A stretch of 64,000 bases of DNA, from IMG/VR virus record IMGVR_UViG_3300021255_002129. One strand, written 5' to 3'. Both the position numbers and the translations under genes were made by a program. Below are positions 1 to 9,615 of this stretch, one piece after another. Each line of letters begins with the position of its first letter. Within the stretch, counting starts at the first letter, position 1. The notes beneath the pieces were generated by a model. That model made no database searches, was not told the DNA's origin, and saw nothing but the letters and a program-made list of their open reading frames with translations. Origin of the DNA: a virus (lineage: Duplodnaviria > Heunggongvirae > Uroviricota > Caudoviricetes).

Positions 1-1
1 T

Positions 2-1303
2 ATTAATTGTAATATAGATGGAGAACAATTTAATTTTTATTCTCAAAATGGATTAAATGATTTAGTTGATAAGGCTGTAAAAGATAAAGAAATAATAAAT
101 AACAGATTTAATATGAATTTTACAGAAGGTAAAAATAAAATGGATATGGTATTAACATATACCTCTAATTATTCATTAACATTAATTCCTTATGTAAATA
201 CAGGTCTTACGGAAAAAGGACCTCATATAACTCAAGTTAAAACTATTATTACAAGAGAGTTTAATAAATTCTTTAGAGATAAAAAATGGTTAAAAGATAA
301 AGATGAAAATTTAACTGGAGATGATATTCAAGAGGGAATGTATATAGTGTTTAATATCACAGCCCCTAACATCGGATATGATGCTCAAGTTAAATCAACA
401 GTAACTAAAATAGATATGACACCATTTACTCAAACATTGGCAGATACTTTATCAGTATGGTTTAATAATAATGAAAAAGAAGTAAAAAATATATTTGATA
501 AAGCGGCAGCCGCTAGAAAAGCTAGAGAGGCAGCTAAAAATGCTCGTGAGAGAGTAAGAGAAACAAATAAGAAAAAAGAAAAAGCATTAAAATTTGATAG
601 TAAACTTGCAGATTGCTATTCAAAAGATAGAAGTAAATGTGAGATATATATTACAGAGGGAGATTCAGCAAGTGGAAACTTAAAGTCTGCTCGTAATAAT
701 GAATTTCAAGCAGTAATGCCTGTTCGTGGTAAAATACTTAATACTCAAAAAGCAAGTTTAGATAAGATACAAAAAAATGCAGAAATTATGACAATGATTG
801 ATGCTTTTGGATTATACATTGATACTAAAACTATGCAAGTTACTTATGATAAAGATAGTTTAAGATATGGCAAAATTATTATTGAATCTGATGCTGATGT
901 TGACGGAGCGCATATTAAAAACTTATTTTATACTTTTATATGGAATTTCTGCCCTCAATTAATTGAAGATGGATATATATATGCAGGAGTTCCACCACTA
1001 TATAAAGTAACAATAGGTAAAGAATATAAATATATTAAAAATGATGAAGAATTAGAAGAATTTAAAAAATCAATAGGTGACAAAAAAATAACTGTTAATC
1101 GTATGAAAGGTTTAGGTGAAATGTCCGTTGATGAAACTGAAGAAACATTAACTGATCCTGATAATAGAATAATTAAACAAATAACAGTTGAAGATGCGGC
1201 GGCCGCAAATAAATTGTTTAATGATTTAATGGGAACTGCTATTGTTGCTAGAAAGGATTTTATTAAAGAACATAGTAAGGAGGCTACATACAATGCAGAA
1301 TAG
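2..1303 (+). CDS. Type II topoisomerase (gyrase B / T4 gp39-like) large subunit, C-terminal TOPRIM part; 5' end lies upstream of the window
   Basis: Frame is open from position 2. TOPRIM motifs 'YITEGDSA', 'PVRGKILN' and 'ESDADVDGAHI' are present. No in-frame TGA. Confidence 0.85.
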   Translation: MNCNIDGEQFNFYSQNGLNDLVDKAVKDKEIINNRFNMNFTEGKNKMDMVLTYTSNYSLTLIPYVNTGLTEKGPHITQVKTIITREFNKFFRDKKWLKDKDENLTGDDIQEGMYIVFNITAPNIGYDAQVKSTVTKIDMTPFTQTLADTLSVWFNNNEKEVKNIFDKAAAARKAREAAKNARERVRETNKKKEKALKFDSKLADCYSKDRSKCEIYITEGDSASGNLKSARNNEFQAVMPVRGKILNTQKASLDKIQKNAEIMTMIDAFGLYIDTKTMQVTYDKDSLRYGKIIIESDADVDGAHIKNLFYTFIWNFCPQLIEDGYIYAGVPPLYKVTIGKEYKYIKNDEELEEFKKSIGDKKITVNRMKGLGEMSVDETEETLTDPDNRIIKQITVEDAAAANKLFNDLMGTAIVARKDFIKEHSKEATYNAE

Positions 1304-1419
1304 ATGTGTATATTTAAGACCTTTCTTATTTAATGCTTTAAAAAATTTTTTAAATATTGAAATGAATACAAATAAAATTAACTATTTAGGTTATATATTT
1401 ATAAAGGAGGCTACTTATA

Positions 1420-3759
1420 ATGCAGAATAATGATATTTTAAATGAATTAAGCACAAATTTTATTGAATATGCTGTTGCAGTTAATACAGACCGTGCAATT
1501 CCAGATGCAACAAGTGGTCTTAAACCTGTTCATAGAAGAATTTTATGGGGAGCATATGAAAAAGGTTATACTTTTAGTAAACCTCATGTAAAGTCAGCAA
1601 AAATTGTTGGAGATGTAATGGGTACATATCACCCACATGGAGATTCTTCAATATATGGTGCTCTTGTAAGATTGTCACAACCTTGGGTTATGAGATATCC
1701 TCTTATAGATTGGCACGGTTCAAATGGTAATATTGATGGCGATGGACCAGCTCATATGCGTTATACTGAAGCAAGACTTTCAAAACTTGCAGAAGATGGT
1801 ATGTTATTTGGAATAAAGAAAAGAAATGTAGATTTTATTCCTAACTATTCTGAAGATGCAGAAGAACCAGTTACATTACCTGCTATATTTCCTAATTTAT
1901 TATGTAATCCAAACACTGGTATTGGAGTTGCTATGGCTTGTAACTTTGCTCCACATAATTTAAAAGAAGTGGCTCAAGCTATTCATGATTATGTTGAAGG
2001 TAAAGAGCCTATGTTACCTGGGCCAGATTTTCCAACAGGTGGAATCATTATTAATATGAATGATATTCCTGCAATTATGAATACTGGGCATGGTGGCGTA
2101 AAAGTTAGAGCAAAATATAAAGTAGAAAAACAAAATTTAGTATTTTATGAAATTCCTTATGGAACATCTACTGAAGCATTAATTGCGGAAATAGGTAAAG
2201 TAGCAGAAGAAGAATTAAGTGAAATTACTAATATTAGAAATGAAAGTAATAAAAAAGGATTAAGAATTGTTATAGAGTGTAAAAAAGATGTTAATCCTGA
2301 TGCAATAGCAAATAAATTATTTGCAAAAACTAATTTACAAACAAGTTTTTCATATAATCAAGTTGCTTTAATAAATAAAACTCCAACAGAGGTTAATTTA
2401 AAAGATTGTATTAAAATATACCTAAATCATAATATTGAATGTTTAATAAAAGAGTGCGATTTTGATTTAAAGAAGGCGGAAGCCCGCCTAGAAATAGTAG
2501 AAGGTTTATTAAAAGCATTACAAGATATTGATACTATAATTACATTTATTAAAAAGTCTGCTAGTAGTGCTGCCGCAAAAGATGGATTAGTAAGTGATTT
2601 TGGATTTACTGAACCTCAAGCAAAATCTATCGTAGCTATGAGATTAGGTAGTTTAGCTAAACTTGAGGGTGTTGAACTTAATGATGAAAAAGCTAAATTA
2701 AATGAAACAATAGATGATTTAAATAGAATATTAGGTTCAGAAACTGAACAATTAAATGTTATTCTAGGTAGATTAGATGATTTAGTTAAAAAATATGGAG
2801 ATGCAAGAAGAACTGAACTAGCACAAATCGAAGTTCCAAAAGAAGAAAAAGAAATTGCAGAAGTTATTCCTGAAGATGTTGTTGTTATGCTATCACAAAC
2901 AGGAGACATTAAAAGAATACCTAAAGCTAGTTTTAGAACACAAAGAAAAGGCGGAAAAGGAGTTAAAACTGCAGACGATGCGGTAATGGCTACTATTAGA
3001 ACTAATACTATTGATGCTTTATTATTATTTACAAACAAAGGAAAAATGTATAGAATTATAGTAGATAATATACCTATTGGAACAAACGTATCAAAAGGTT
3101 CTAATGTATCAACATTAATTAATTTAGAAAATGATGAAAAAGTTATTGCTATAACTAATTTAGCAAGAGGAAATGAAAATAAATATGTCGTATTTATTAC
3201 AAAGAATGGTTTATTTAAGAAAACATCAATAGAAGAATATACTAAAACTAAAAGAAGTACAGGTATAGCCGCTATAAATCTTAAAGATGGAGATAGTATT
3301 GCTAATATAGAACTAATGAATGATGAAGATATGATTATAATAACTAAAAAAGGTTATTCAATTCATTTTGAAACTAAAGAGATTGCGGCAATCGGTAGAG
3401 TTACTGCTGGAGTTAAGGCGATTAAATTAGCAGATGATGATGAAGTATTAGTAGGTTTACCTATAAGAGATAAAAAAGAAACTATTGCAGTATTTAGTTC
3501 ATTTGGAAATGCTAAAAAAACTAGTATAGATGAATTCCCATTACAAGCTAGAGCTGGGAAAGGCGTGGTTGCTTATAAAGTTAGTCCAGCTACAGGAGAC
3601 GTAGTAGGAGCTACTATGATAAATAATGAAGATAATATCTTATTAGTAGGAAAAACTTCTATATGCGTTGCCGCAACAGATATACCTCAATTAGGTAGAG
3701 CTGCAACAGGAAATATAATGATTAAAAATAGTCAAATAAATTCAGTAACAAAATTATAG
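1420..3759 (+). CDS. Type II topoisomerase subunit A (GyrA/ParC-like)
   Basis: N-terminal 'AVNTDRAIPDATSGLKPVHRRILW' and 'HMRYTEARLS' (active-site Tyr region) match the GyrA signature. RBS AAAGGAGG lies upstream. No in-frame TGA. Confidence 0.9.
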   Translation: MQNNDILNELSTNFIEYAVAVNTDRAIPDATSGLKPVHRRILWGAYEKGYTFSKPHVKSAKIVGDVMGTYHPHGDSSIYGALVRLSQPWVMRYPLIDWHGSNGNIDGDGPAHMRYTEARLSKLAEDGMLFGIKKRNVDFIPNYSEDAEEPVTLPAIFPNLLCNPNTGIGVAMACNFAPHNLKEVAQAIHDYVEGKEPMLPGPDFPTGGIIINMNDIPAIMNTGHGGVKVRAKYKVEKQNLVFYEIPYGTSTEALIAEIGKVAEEELSEITNIRNESNKKGLRIVIECKKDVNPDAIANKLFAKTNLQTSFSYNQVALINKTPTEVNLKDCIKIYLNHNIECLIKECDFDLKKAEARLEIVEGLLKALQDIDTIITFIKKSASSAAAKDGLVSDFGFTEPQAKSIVAMRLGSLAKLEGVELNDEKAKLNETIDDLNRILGSETEQLNVILGRLDDLVKKYGDARRTELAQIEVPKEEKEIAEVIPEDVVVMLSQTGDIKRIPKASFRTQRKGGKGVKTADDAVMATIRTNTIDALLLFTNKGKMYRIIVDNIPIGTNVSKGSNVSTLINLENDEKVIAITNLARGNENKYVVFITKNGLFKKTSIEEYTKTKRSTGIAAINLKDGDSIANIELMNDEDMIIITKKGYSIHFETKEIAAIGRVTAGVKAIKLADDDEVLVGLPIRDKKETIAVFSSFGNAKKTSIDEFPLQARAGKGVVAYKVSPATGDVVGATMINNEDNILLVGKTSICVAATDIPQLGRAATGNIMIKNSQINSVTKL

Positions 3760-3770
3760 AAAGGAGCTTT

Positions 3771-4022
3771 ATGGAGCAAGAGTATTATATAAAAGAAGGA
3801 GATAAATTTATACAAATTGGTTCTCCCTCTTTGCTAGGAGAAAAGATTACAATTCCTTTTGAAGAATATAAAGAACTTTTAATAATTAAAGGTCGTTATG
3901 AAGAATTAAAATCTCAACAAAATATGCCATGGACAGTTAAACCAAATGGAACAACTATAACATATACAAATACAAGAGAACAAGATAAAGAACTAACTCC
4001 TCCATATAAGGTAACTTGTTAA
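3771..4022 (+). CDS. hypothetical protein (83 aa)
   Basis: ORF with RBS AAAGGAGC 6 nt upstream. No similarity recognised. Confidence 0.4.
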   Translation: MEQEYYIKEGDKFIQIGSPSLLGEKITIPFEEYKELLIIKGRYEELKSQQNMPWTVKPNGTTITYTNTREQDKELTPPYKVTC

Positions 4023-4035
4023 AAGTTGCCTTATT

Positions 4036-4064
4036 TTGACTTTTTATAAAAATTTTGATATAAT
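4036..4064 (+). promoter_or_regulatory. sigma-70-type early promoter (TTGACT-N17-TATAAT, extended TG)
   Basis: TTGACT at 4036-4041, 17-nt spacer ending in TG, TATAAT at 4059-4064. It is one member of a 12-copy family in this window. Confidence 0.6.
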
Positions 4065-4096
4065 TTTTATATAAACTTGGAAAGGAGATTTTAAAT

Positions 4097-4393
4097 ATGT
4101 TTAAAGAAGAAGATTTAGTTATTAAAGAAAATTATTTTATTTATAAAGGAAATGCTTATACAGACAAAGAAGATATTACTTACAGTAAAGCAAATTTTTT
4201 AATTAATGAGGAAACTGGTAAAGAATATGATTTAGGATACTGTATTAAAGATGATATATCAGAAGGAACTATTTTTAAATTTAAAAATAAATATAAAGTT
4301 TCTAGAGGATATCGAGAATTAGAAATATTTGATACAGAAGAAGAAGCAAAATATTTTATAGATTTAATAACTAACAAAGAAGAAACTGAATAA
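4097..4393 (+). CDS. hypothetical protein (98 aa)
   Basis: ORF with RBS GGAAAGGAG, located downstream of the 4036 promoter. Confidence 0.45.
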   Translation: MFKEEDLVIKENYFIYKGNAYTDKEDITYSKANFLINEETGKEYDLGYCIKDDISEGTIFKFKNKYKVSRGYRELEIFDTEEEAKYFIDLITNKEETE

Positions 4394-4413
4394 GTTTCTT
4401 TTTGTTTTTTTAT
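4383..4413 (+). terminator. weak rho-independent terminator overlapping the next promoter
   Basis: Hairpin GAAAC-TGAATAA-GTTTC followed by TTTTTGTTTTTTT. Confidence 0.35.
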
Positions 4414-4430
4414 AAAAAATATGATATAAT
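4401..4430 (+). promoter_or_regulatory. early promoter (weak -35 TTTGTT, extended -10 TGATATAAT)
   Basis: TGATATAAT at 4422-4430, the same -10 element as the other family members. Confidence 0.45.
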
Positions 4431-4448
4431 TATTATATAAAAAGGAGA

Positions 4449-4658
4449 ATGCATATGAAAATAAATAATGATAAAATAATTAACTTTTATATTAAAAATA
4501 GTGCAACAATAGAAGAAGTAATTGAATTGCGTAAATATTTAGATGAATTAGAAGATGCCGCAAATAAATATTATGCTCTTGAGGCTGGTGGTGTAGATAA
4601 TTGGGATGGATATTCATACGCTATGGAAGAGTTAAAAGAAAATGAAAAGGAGGACTAA
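4449..4658 (+). CDS. hypothetical protein (69 aa)
   Basis: ORF with RBS AAAGGAGA. Confidence 0.4.
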   Translation: MHMKINNDKIINFYIKNSATIEEVIELRKYLDELEDAANKYYALEAGGVDNWDGYSYAMEELKENEKED

Positions 4659-4660
4659 TT

Positions 4661-4969
4661 ATGTTTTTATTAATCGAAGGTTCAAAAGATAGTTATGAAA
4701 GACCTATTGTTATATCCATTGTTGGAGAATATAAAACATTAGAAGAGGCTTCGGAAGAATTAAAATCTATTTGTTATAATTATGACTATGATTATGAAAA
4801 TAAACTTGATGAAGCTATTAAAAATCATAAAAAATATTATAAAAATGACTATGGAGATTATAGATATTTAGATTATACAGAAAATTATTTAACATATTAT
4901 TCAACAGGTTGTCCAGCTGATAATGAATATGATGGTCGAAGCTATGAAATATTTAAGGTAGGTGAATAA
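4661..4969 (+). CDS. hypothetical protein (102 aa), Tyr/Asp-rich
   Basis: ORF with RBS AAGGAGGA. It is translationally coupled to the preceding gene. Confidence 0.4.
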   Translation: MFLLIEGSKDSYERPIVISIVGEYKTLEEASEELKSICYNYDYDYENKLDEAIKNHKKYYKNDYGDYRYLDYTENYLTYYSTGCPADNEYDGRSYEIFKVGE

Positions 4970-4972
4970 GAT

Positions 4973-6928
4973 ATGGATCCAGATAAGATACATGAATATA
5001 AAATTCAAGAATTAGTTGATAAATTAAATTATTATACTAAACTATATGATGAAGGTCATCCCGCAATTAGTGATAAAGAATGGGATGATATGTATTTTGG
5101 ATTACAACAGTTAGAAAATTATTATGGTATTTATCTCCCAGACAGTCCAACTCAAAAAGTTAATTATCAAGTTGTAAATAAATTAAATAAAGTAAAGCAT
5201 AATCATCCTATGTTATCGCTTGATAAAACTAAATCAATAGATGCAATTAAATCTTTTTTAGGAAATAAAGATTTTATTTGTATGGCAAAAATGGACGGTC
5301 TGACTTGTTCTTTAAGATATTTAGATGGAAAATTAGTATCTGCGGAAACCCGCGGAAATGGTATTGAAGGAGAAGATATTTTTCATAATGCTTTACAAGT
5401 AAAAAATATTCCTAATAAAATTAACTATAAAGAAGAATTAATTATAGATGGAGAAATAATTTGTACTTATAATGATTTTAAAAATTTTGAAAAAGAATAT
5501 AAAAACCCTAGAAATTTTGCAAGTGGTAGTATAAGATTATTAGACAGTAAAGAAAGTTCTATGAGAAATCTTACTTTTATAACATGGGATATTATAAAAG
5601 GTCTAGATGAAGATAGATTAAGTAGCAAATTATTAAAGGCAGATGAATTAGGTTTTACTATTGTTCCTTTTGAAATTAATTTACCTGAATATGAAACAAT
5701 AGAGCAAATTATGGAGATAGTAAAAAAATCTAGCTCTATATATCCAATTGATGGACTTGTTTTTAAGTATGATAATTGTGATGAATATATTGCCGCAGGT
5801 AAAACCGACCATCATTTTAAGGGTGGATTGGCATATAAGTTTTATGATGAAGAATATGAAACTACTTTACAAAATATAGAATGGACTATGGGAAGAACTG
5901 GAGTACTAACTCCCGTAGCTATATTTGAACCTATTGATATAGATGGAACTGAAGTATCAAGAGCTAATTTATTTAATTTAAGTGTGGCTAGAGAGACTCT
6001 TCATGGTACTCAATACAGACTTGGTTGGAAAGGACAAAAAATAAATGTTTTTAAAGCTAATCAAATTATCCCTCAATTAAGTTGGTCAGAAGAAGATGAT
6101 GAGAAAACTAAAGAATATTTTTCTTATCCTGCAAGTTGCCCTATTTGCGGCTATTCAACAAAAATAAAAAAAGAAAATGATGTTGAAGTATTATTTTGCG
6201 ATAATGAACAATGTGAAGGTAAATTATTAAATAGAGTAGAACATTTCTTTAGTAAAAAAGGTTTAAATGCAAAGGGTTTATCAAAAGCAACAATAGAAAA
6301 ATTAATAGATTGGGGATGGATTAATGGAATCAAAGATGTATTCATACTTGATGCGTATGCAGAGGATTGGAAGAAAAAGGCAGGTTTTGGAGAAAAGTCT
6401 GTTAACAATATTATCACATCCATCAGAGAAAATAGTAATACTGACCTCGAATCCGTTATTAGTGCAGCAGGAATTCCACTTATTGGTAGAACAGTGGCTA
6501 GACAAATCGCAAGCATCTTCAATACATACGAGGATTTTAGAAAAGCAATCGGGAATTTTGATTTTTCAGAAATAGATGGCTTTGGATATGAAATGAATAA
6601 ATCATTAAAAAATTATAATTATGATGAATTAGATTATATTGTAGAAAATTTCTTAACTATAAATAATAAAATAGAAGAAAGGAAAGAACAAAAATTAGAA
6701 GGTTTAACTTTTTGTGTAACCGGAAAAATCAAACAATGGAAGAACAGAGATGAACTATCTAGTTTTATTACTTCACTAGGCGGAAAGGTAGTGGGTTCAG
6801 TTTCCGCAAATATGGATTATTTAATAAATAACGACATTAATTCAACATCAAGTAAAAATTTAAGAGCTAAAGAATTGGGCAAACAGATTATTGATGAGCA
6901 AACTTTCATGGATATGTTTGATTTATAA
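4973..6928 (+). CDS. ligA: NAD-dependent DNA ligase
   Basis: Adenylation motif 'MAKMDGL', OB/Zn-finger 'CPICG...C..C' and C-terminal BRCT ('LTFCVTGKI...') are all present. No TGA. Confidence 0.9.
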   Translation: MDPDKIHEYKIQELVDKLNYYTKLYDEGHPAISDKEWDDMYFGLQQLENYYGIYLPDSPTQKVNYQVVNKLNKVKHNHPMLSLDKTKSIDAIKSFLGNKDFICMAKMDGLTCSLRYLDGKLVSAETRGNGIEGEDIFHNALQVKNIPNKINYKEELIIDGEIICTYNDFKNFEKEYKNPRNFASGSIRLLDSKESSMRNLTFITWDIIKGLDEDRLSSKLLKADELGFTIVPFEINLPEYETIEQIMEIVKKSSSIYPIDGLVFKYDNCDEYIAAGKTDHHFKGGLAYKFYDEEYETTLQNIEWTMGRTGVLTPVAIFEPIDIDGTEVSRANLFNLSVARETLHGTQYRLGWKGQKINVFKANQIIPQLSWSEEDDEKTKEYFSYPASCPICGYSTKIKKENDVEVLFCDNEQCEGKLLNRVEHFFSKKGLNAKGLSKATIEKLIDWGWINGIKDVFILDAYAEDWKKKAGFGEKSVNNIITSIRENSNTDLESVISAAGIPLIGRTVARQIASIFNTYEDFRKAIGNFDFSEIDGFGYEMNKSLKNYNYDELDYIVENFLTINNKIEERKEQKLEGLTFCVTGKIKQWKNRDELSSFITSLGGKVVGSVSANMDYLINNDINSTSSKNLRAKELGKQIIDEQTFMDMFDL

Positions 6929-6946
6929 AAAATTTTTTGTTATAAT
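6918..6946 (+). promoter_or_regulatory. early promoter TTGATT-N17-TATAAT (extended TG)
   Basis: TTGATT at 6918-6923 and TGTTATAAT ending at 6946. It overlaps the ligA stop codon. Confidence 0.5.
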
Positions 6947-6952
6947 ATATTT

Positions 6953-7138
6953 ATGAAAGATGAGAAAAAACTAAAAGAGTTGACGGAACAAATAATTAAA
7001 TATGAAAAAGAATGCCAACTCGGAAATAACGTTCAAGAAAATATGAGTAAGATAGAGCAACTTATTCAATCTCTTTCAGTAGAAGAAATGCTCGCTATAG
7101 ATGCATATATAACTAATGAAAATTTTTTGACAAAGTAA
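6953..7138 (+). CDS. hypothetical protein (61 aa)
   Basis: Short ORF downstream of a promoter. Confidence 0.35.
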   Translation: MKDEKKLKELTEQIIKYEKECQLGNNVQENMSKIEQLIQSLSVEEMLAIDAYITNENFLTK

Positions 7139-7155
7139 AATTTTTATGATATAAT
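7127..7155 (+). promoter_or_regulatory. early promoter TTGACA-N17-TATAAT (consensus)
   Basis: TTGACA at 7127-7132 and TGATATAAT ending at 7155. Confidence 0.6.
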
Positions 7156-7218
7156 ATATATGTAAAATGAAAAAGATGAAAAACATCAAAATAGAATAAA
7201 AAAAGGAGAGAAAGAATT

Positions 7219-7491
7219 ATGTTAAAACCAAATAGTAGAACAGTTTATGAATTTGTAAAAGCTAATGACGGTAAGAATATTACTGCAGCTGATATCGCAG
7301 AAAGAACAGGATTAGATACTAAACAAGTAAATGGTATCGTTACATCTGCATTCCAAAGAAAAGGATTAATGGAAAGAATTCCTGCTGAAATCGAATTAGA
7401 AGATGGAAGTCATAAATCAGTTAAATTCATCAGATTAACTGACGAAGGAAAAGCTTTTAATCCAGATGCTGAAGAAACAAAAGCTGAATAA
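7219..7491 (+). CDS. hypothetical protein (90 aa), possible HTH DNA-binding protein
   Basis: RBS AAAGGAGAG. It is followed by a terminator. Confidence 0.4.
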   Translation: MLKPNSRTVYEFVKANDGKNITAADIAERTGLDTKQVNGIVTSAFQRKGLMERIPAEIELEDGSHKSVKFIRLTDEGKAFNPDAEETKAE

Positions 7492-7513
7492 TTTTTAATA
7501 AAAATCTAACATA

Positions 7514-7552
7514 GGAAAGCGGAGGAGGTAATCCTCTGCTTTCCTTTATTTT
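7514..7552 (+). terminator. rho-independent terminator
   Basis: GGAAAGCGGAGG...CCTCTGCTTTCC hairpin followed by TTTATTTT. Confidence 0.6.
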
Positions 7553-7567
7553 AAAAAGGTGATGTAA

Positions 7568-8500
7568 ATGTATTTTATAATATTTCTATTATTATGTATT
7601 TCTTGTTTACTATTTTATTTATATTACAAAGAAAAAAACAAAACAAGAGAAATAGATGAAATAAATGAAAATATTAAAAAAGAAAATGAAAAAATAGAAG
7701 ATGAAAATAAATACTTAAATGAGAAAAAAGATTTTATACAAAAAGAAATTGAAAATAAACAAAATATTTTAAATAAAGTTCAACAATCAATAGAAAGTTC
7801 GGAACAAGTATCCAGAAATGCGTTTGAAAATTATATGGATACTTTAGATAAAGAATACGAGTTAAAAGAAAAAGAATATTATGCGGCAATAGATTTATTA
7901 AACAAAAGTTATGGAGATATACAAAATAAAGTTAATGCGGAAATCGATCAAATCCGTATAGACCTAGATAAAATTTCTGCAACCCGCACCGCCGCAATTC
8001 AAGCACAATTAGAAGAAGAAAAAATACAACAACAAGCAGAATATTATTCTTTATCTATTGATGATGTAGATAAACGAGAAACAAAAATATTGCAATCTAT
8101 TGAAAATGAACTCCGTGATCCTAGGCCTATCCGCATGATTATATGACAAACATATTATTCTAAAAAAGCAAATGAACTTGCTGCAAGAGTATTAGGAACA
8201 GAGGAAAAATGCGGAATATATAAAATTACAAATAAAACAAATAAACTATGTTATATAGGACAAGCTAAAAAAATTAGAGAAAGATGGCGTGAACATATGA
8301 AATGCGGTCTTGGAATAGACACTCCCGCAAATAATAAATTATATCAAGCTATGTATAAAGAAGGAATTGATAACTTTACTTTTGAAATGCTTGAGGAGTG
8401 CGCTACCGCAGATTTAAATGAAAAAGAAGCCTTTTATATTAATTTATATAATTCATATGATTATGGATATAATTCTAATAAGGGAATTAGAAATTCCTAA
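7568..8500 (+). CDS. membrane-anchored coiled-coil protein with a C-terminal GIY-YIG / T5orf172-like nuclease domain (DUF4041-like architecture); contains one in-frame TGA (Trp) at 8144-8146
   Basis: N-terminal TM 'MYFIIFLLLCISCLLFYLYY' is followed by a long coiled coil. The in-frame TGA is followed by 'GIYKITNKTNKLCYIGQAKKIRERWREH', a GIY-YIG/T5orf172 motif. Track ORFs 7568..8146 and 8297..8500 are in the same frame. Confidence 0.55.
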
Positions 8501-8501
8501 T

Positions 8502-8530
8502 TTGATTTATTAAATAAAAAATGATATAAT
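8502..8530 (+). promoter_or_regulatory. early promoter TTGATT-N17-TATAAT
   Basis: TTGATT at 8502-8507 and TGATATAAT ending at 8530. Confidence 0.55.
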
Positions 8531-8560
8531 ATAATTAGAAAATGAAAGGAGAAAAATAAT

Positions 8561-9199
8561 ATGTGGTTATCTTTTCTAAAAAGAATGAACAAAAATAAAC
8601 AATATATTACTTCTCTTGAAGATATTCCAAAATATATGAAAATTAGCAATAGAGAATTACAATTAGATACTTTGACACCTCAAATAGCTGAGTCTATTGA
8701 TGCTTATATTAGATTTTGGAATTTAGCAGATGACGAAATGGGAATTTTATTATCTGAAAGAGAACCTATTAAACTTTATATAAACTCAATTGGTGGAAGT
8801 TTAGATGCAGCAATTACAATTGCTAATTCAATTCAAATATCTAAAACACCTGTTTATACTTTTAATATTGGCTCTGTGCATAAAGAGAGTTTTTTGGTGT
8901 ACTTAGCTGGGCATAAAAGATTTACTTATGTTGATTCAACATTTATGTTTACAGACAGTATTTTTCAAAAGCCAGTTGAAGAAGAAAATGAGTCTACTTT
9001 TTATAGTAAAAATATGTTATTAACTGCTATTCAAGCAAATATAAAAACTTCTTTAATTGAAAAAACAGGAATTACAGAAGCTCAATATGATAAGCATTGC
9101 AAAAATGAATGGTGGTTTAATACTGATGATGCATTTAAATTACATATATGCAACGAAATATCAAGAAGTCATTATCATTATATAAAGAAAGATAGATAG
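8561..9199 (+). CDS. ClpP/S49-like serine peptidase family protein
   Basis: 'YINSIGGSLDAAITIANSIQ' resembles the ClpP 'INSPGGSV' region. The catalytic residues are not confidently assigned. Confidence 0.5.
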   Translation: MWLSFLKRMNKNKQYITSLEDIPKYMKISNRELQLDTLTPQIAESIDAYIRFWNLADDEMGILLSEREPIKLYINSIGGSLDAAITIANSIQISKTPVYTFNIGSVHKESFLVYLAGHKRFTYVDSTFMFTDSIFQKPVEEENESTFYSKNMLLTAIQANIKTSLIEKTGITEAQYDKHCKNEWWFNTDDAFKLHICNEISRSHYHYIKKDR

Positions 9200-9212
9200 G
9201 GAGGGAAATAAT

Positions 9213-9542
9213 ATGACAATGAATGAATTTTTAAAAGAATTAGAAATATATACAAAATATTTTAGTCCTGCGGCAATGGATTTTTATACCGAATTAAAAG
9301 AAAAAACTCAAAATACTTTTACTGAAAATGGTAGAAAAATACTTATTTGTATGCAACAAAATCAAGCAACATATAAAACTTTTAGTTCAAAACAATTAGG
9401 AGAATTATTATTTATACCTCCACGCTCAGTATCTGGAGCTATGAAAAAGTTACTTAATGAGGGGTATTGCCGCAAACAAGCTACAAACCCTGTGACATAT
9501 GAGTTGACAACTTTAGGCAGTGAAACTCAGCTTGACGATTAA
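9213..9542 (+). CDS. hypothetical protein (109 aa)
   Basis: RBS GGGAGGGA. Confidence 0.4.
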   Translation: MTMNEFLKELEIYTKYFSPAAMDFYTELKEKTQNTFTENGRKILICMQQNQATYKTFSSKQLGELLFIPPRSVSGAMKKLLNEGYCRKQATNPVTYELTTLGSETQLDD

Positions 9543-9560
9543 AAAAATTTTTGATATAAT
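9532..9560 (+). promoter_or_regulatory. early promoter TTGACG-N17-TATAAT
   Basis: TTGACG at 9532-9537 and TGATATAAT ending at 9560. Confidence 0.55.
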
Positions 9561-9615
9561 ATTAATATAGAAAAATGAAAATTAAAAGAATAATTAGAAA
9601 AGGAGAAGAAAGTAA

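Noticed and set aside
1242-1430. 62-aa ORF between the two topoisomerase genes
   Set aside because: It lies in the duplicated junction segment, has no RBS, and partly re-encodes the GyrB tail from the repeat. It is probably not a gene.
955-6575. Antisense or overlapping ORFs inside gyrB, gyrA and ligA (955..1293-, 2616..3038-, 4180..4377-, 6151..6522-, 6302..6505-, 6324..6575+)
   Set aside because: They are fully embedded in well-supported genes, lack RBSs, and have low-complexity translations.
8561-9199. Calling the ClpP-like protein the prohead protease
   Set aside because: It lies in the early replication module, far from any capsid genes (none are in the window), and the catalytic triad could not be confirmed by eye.
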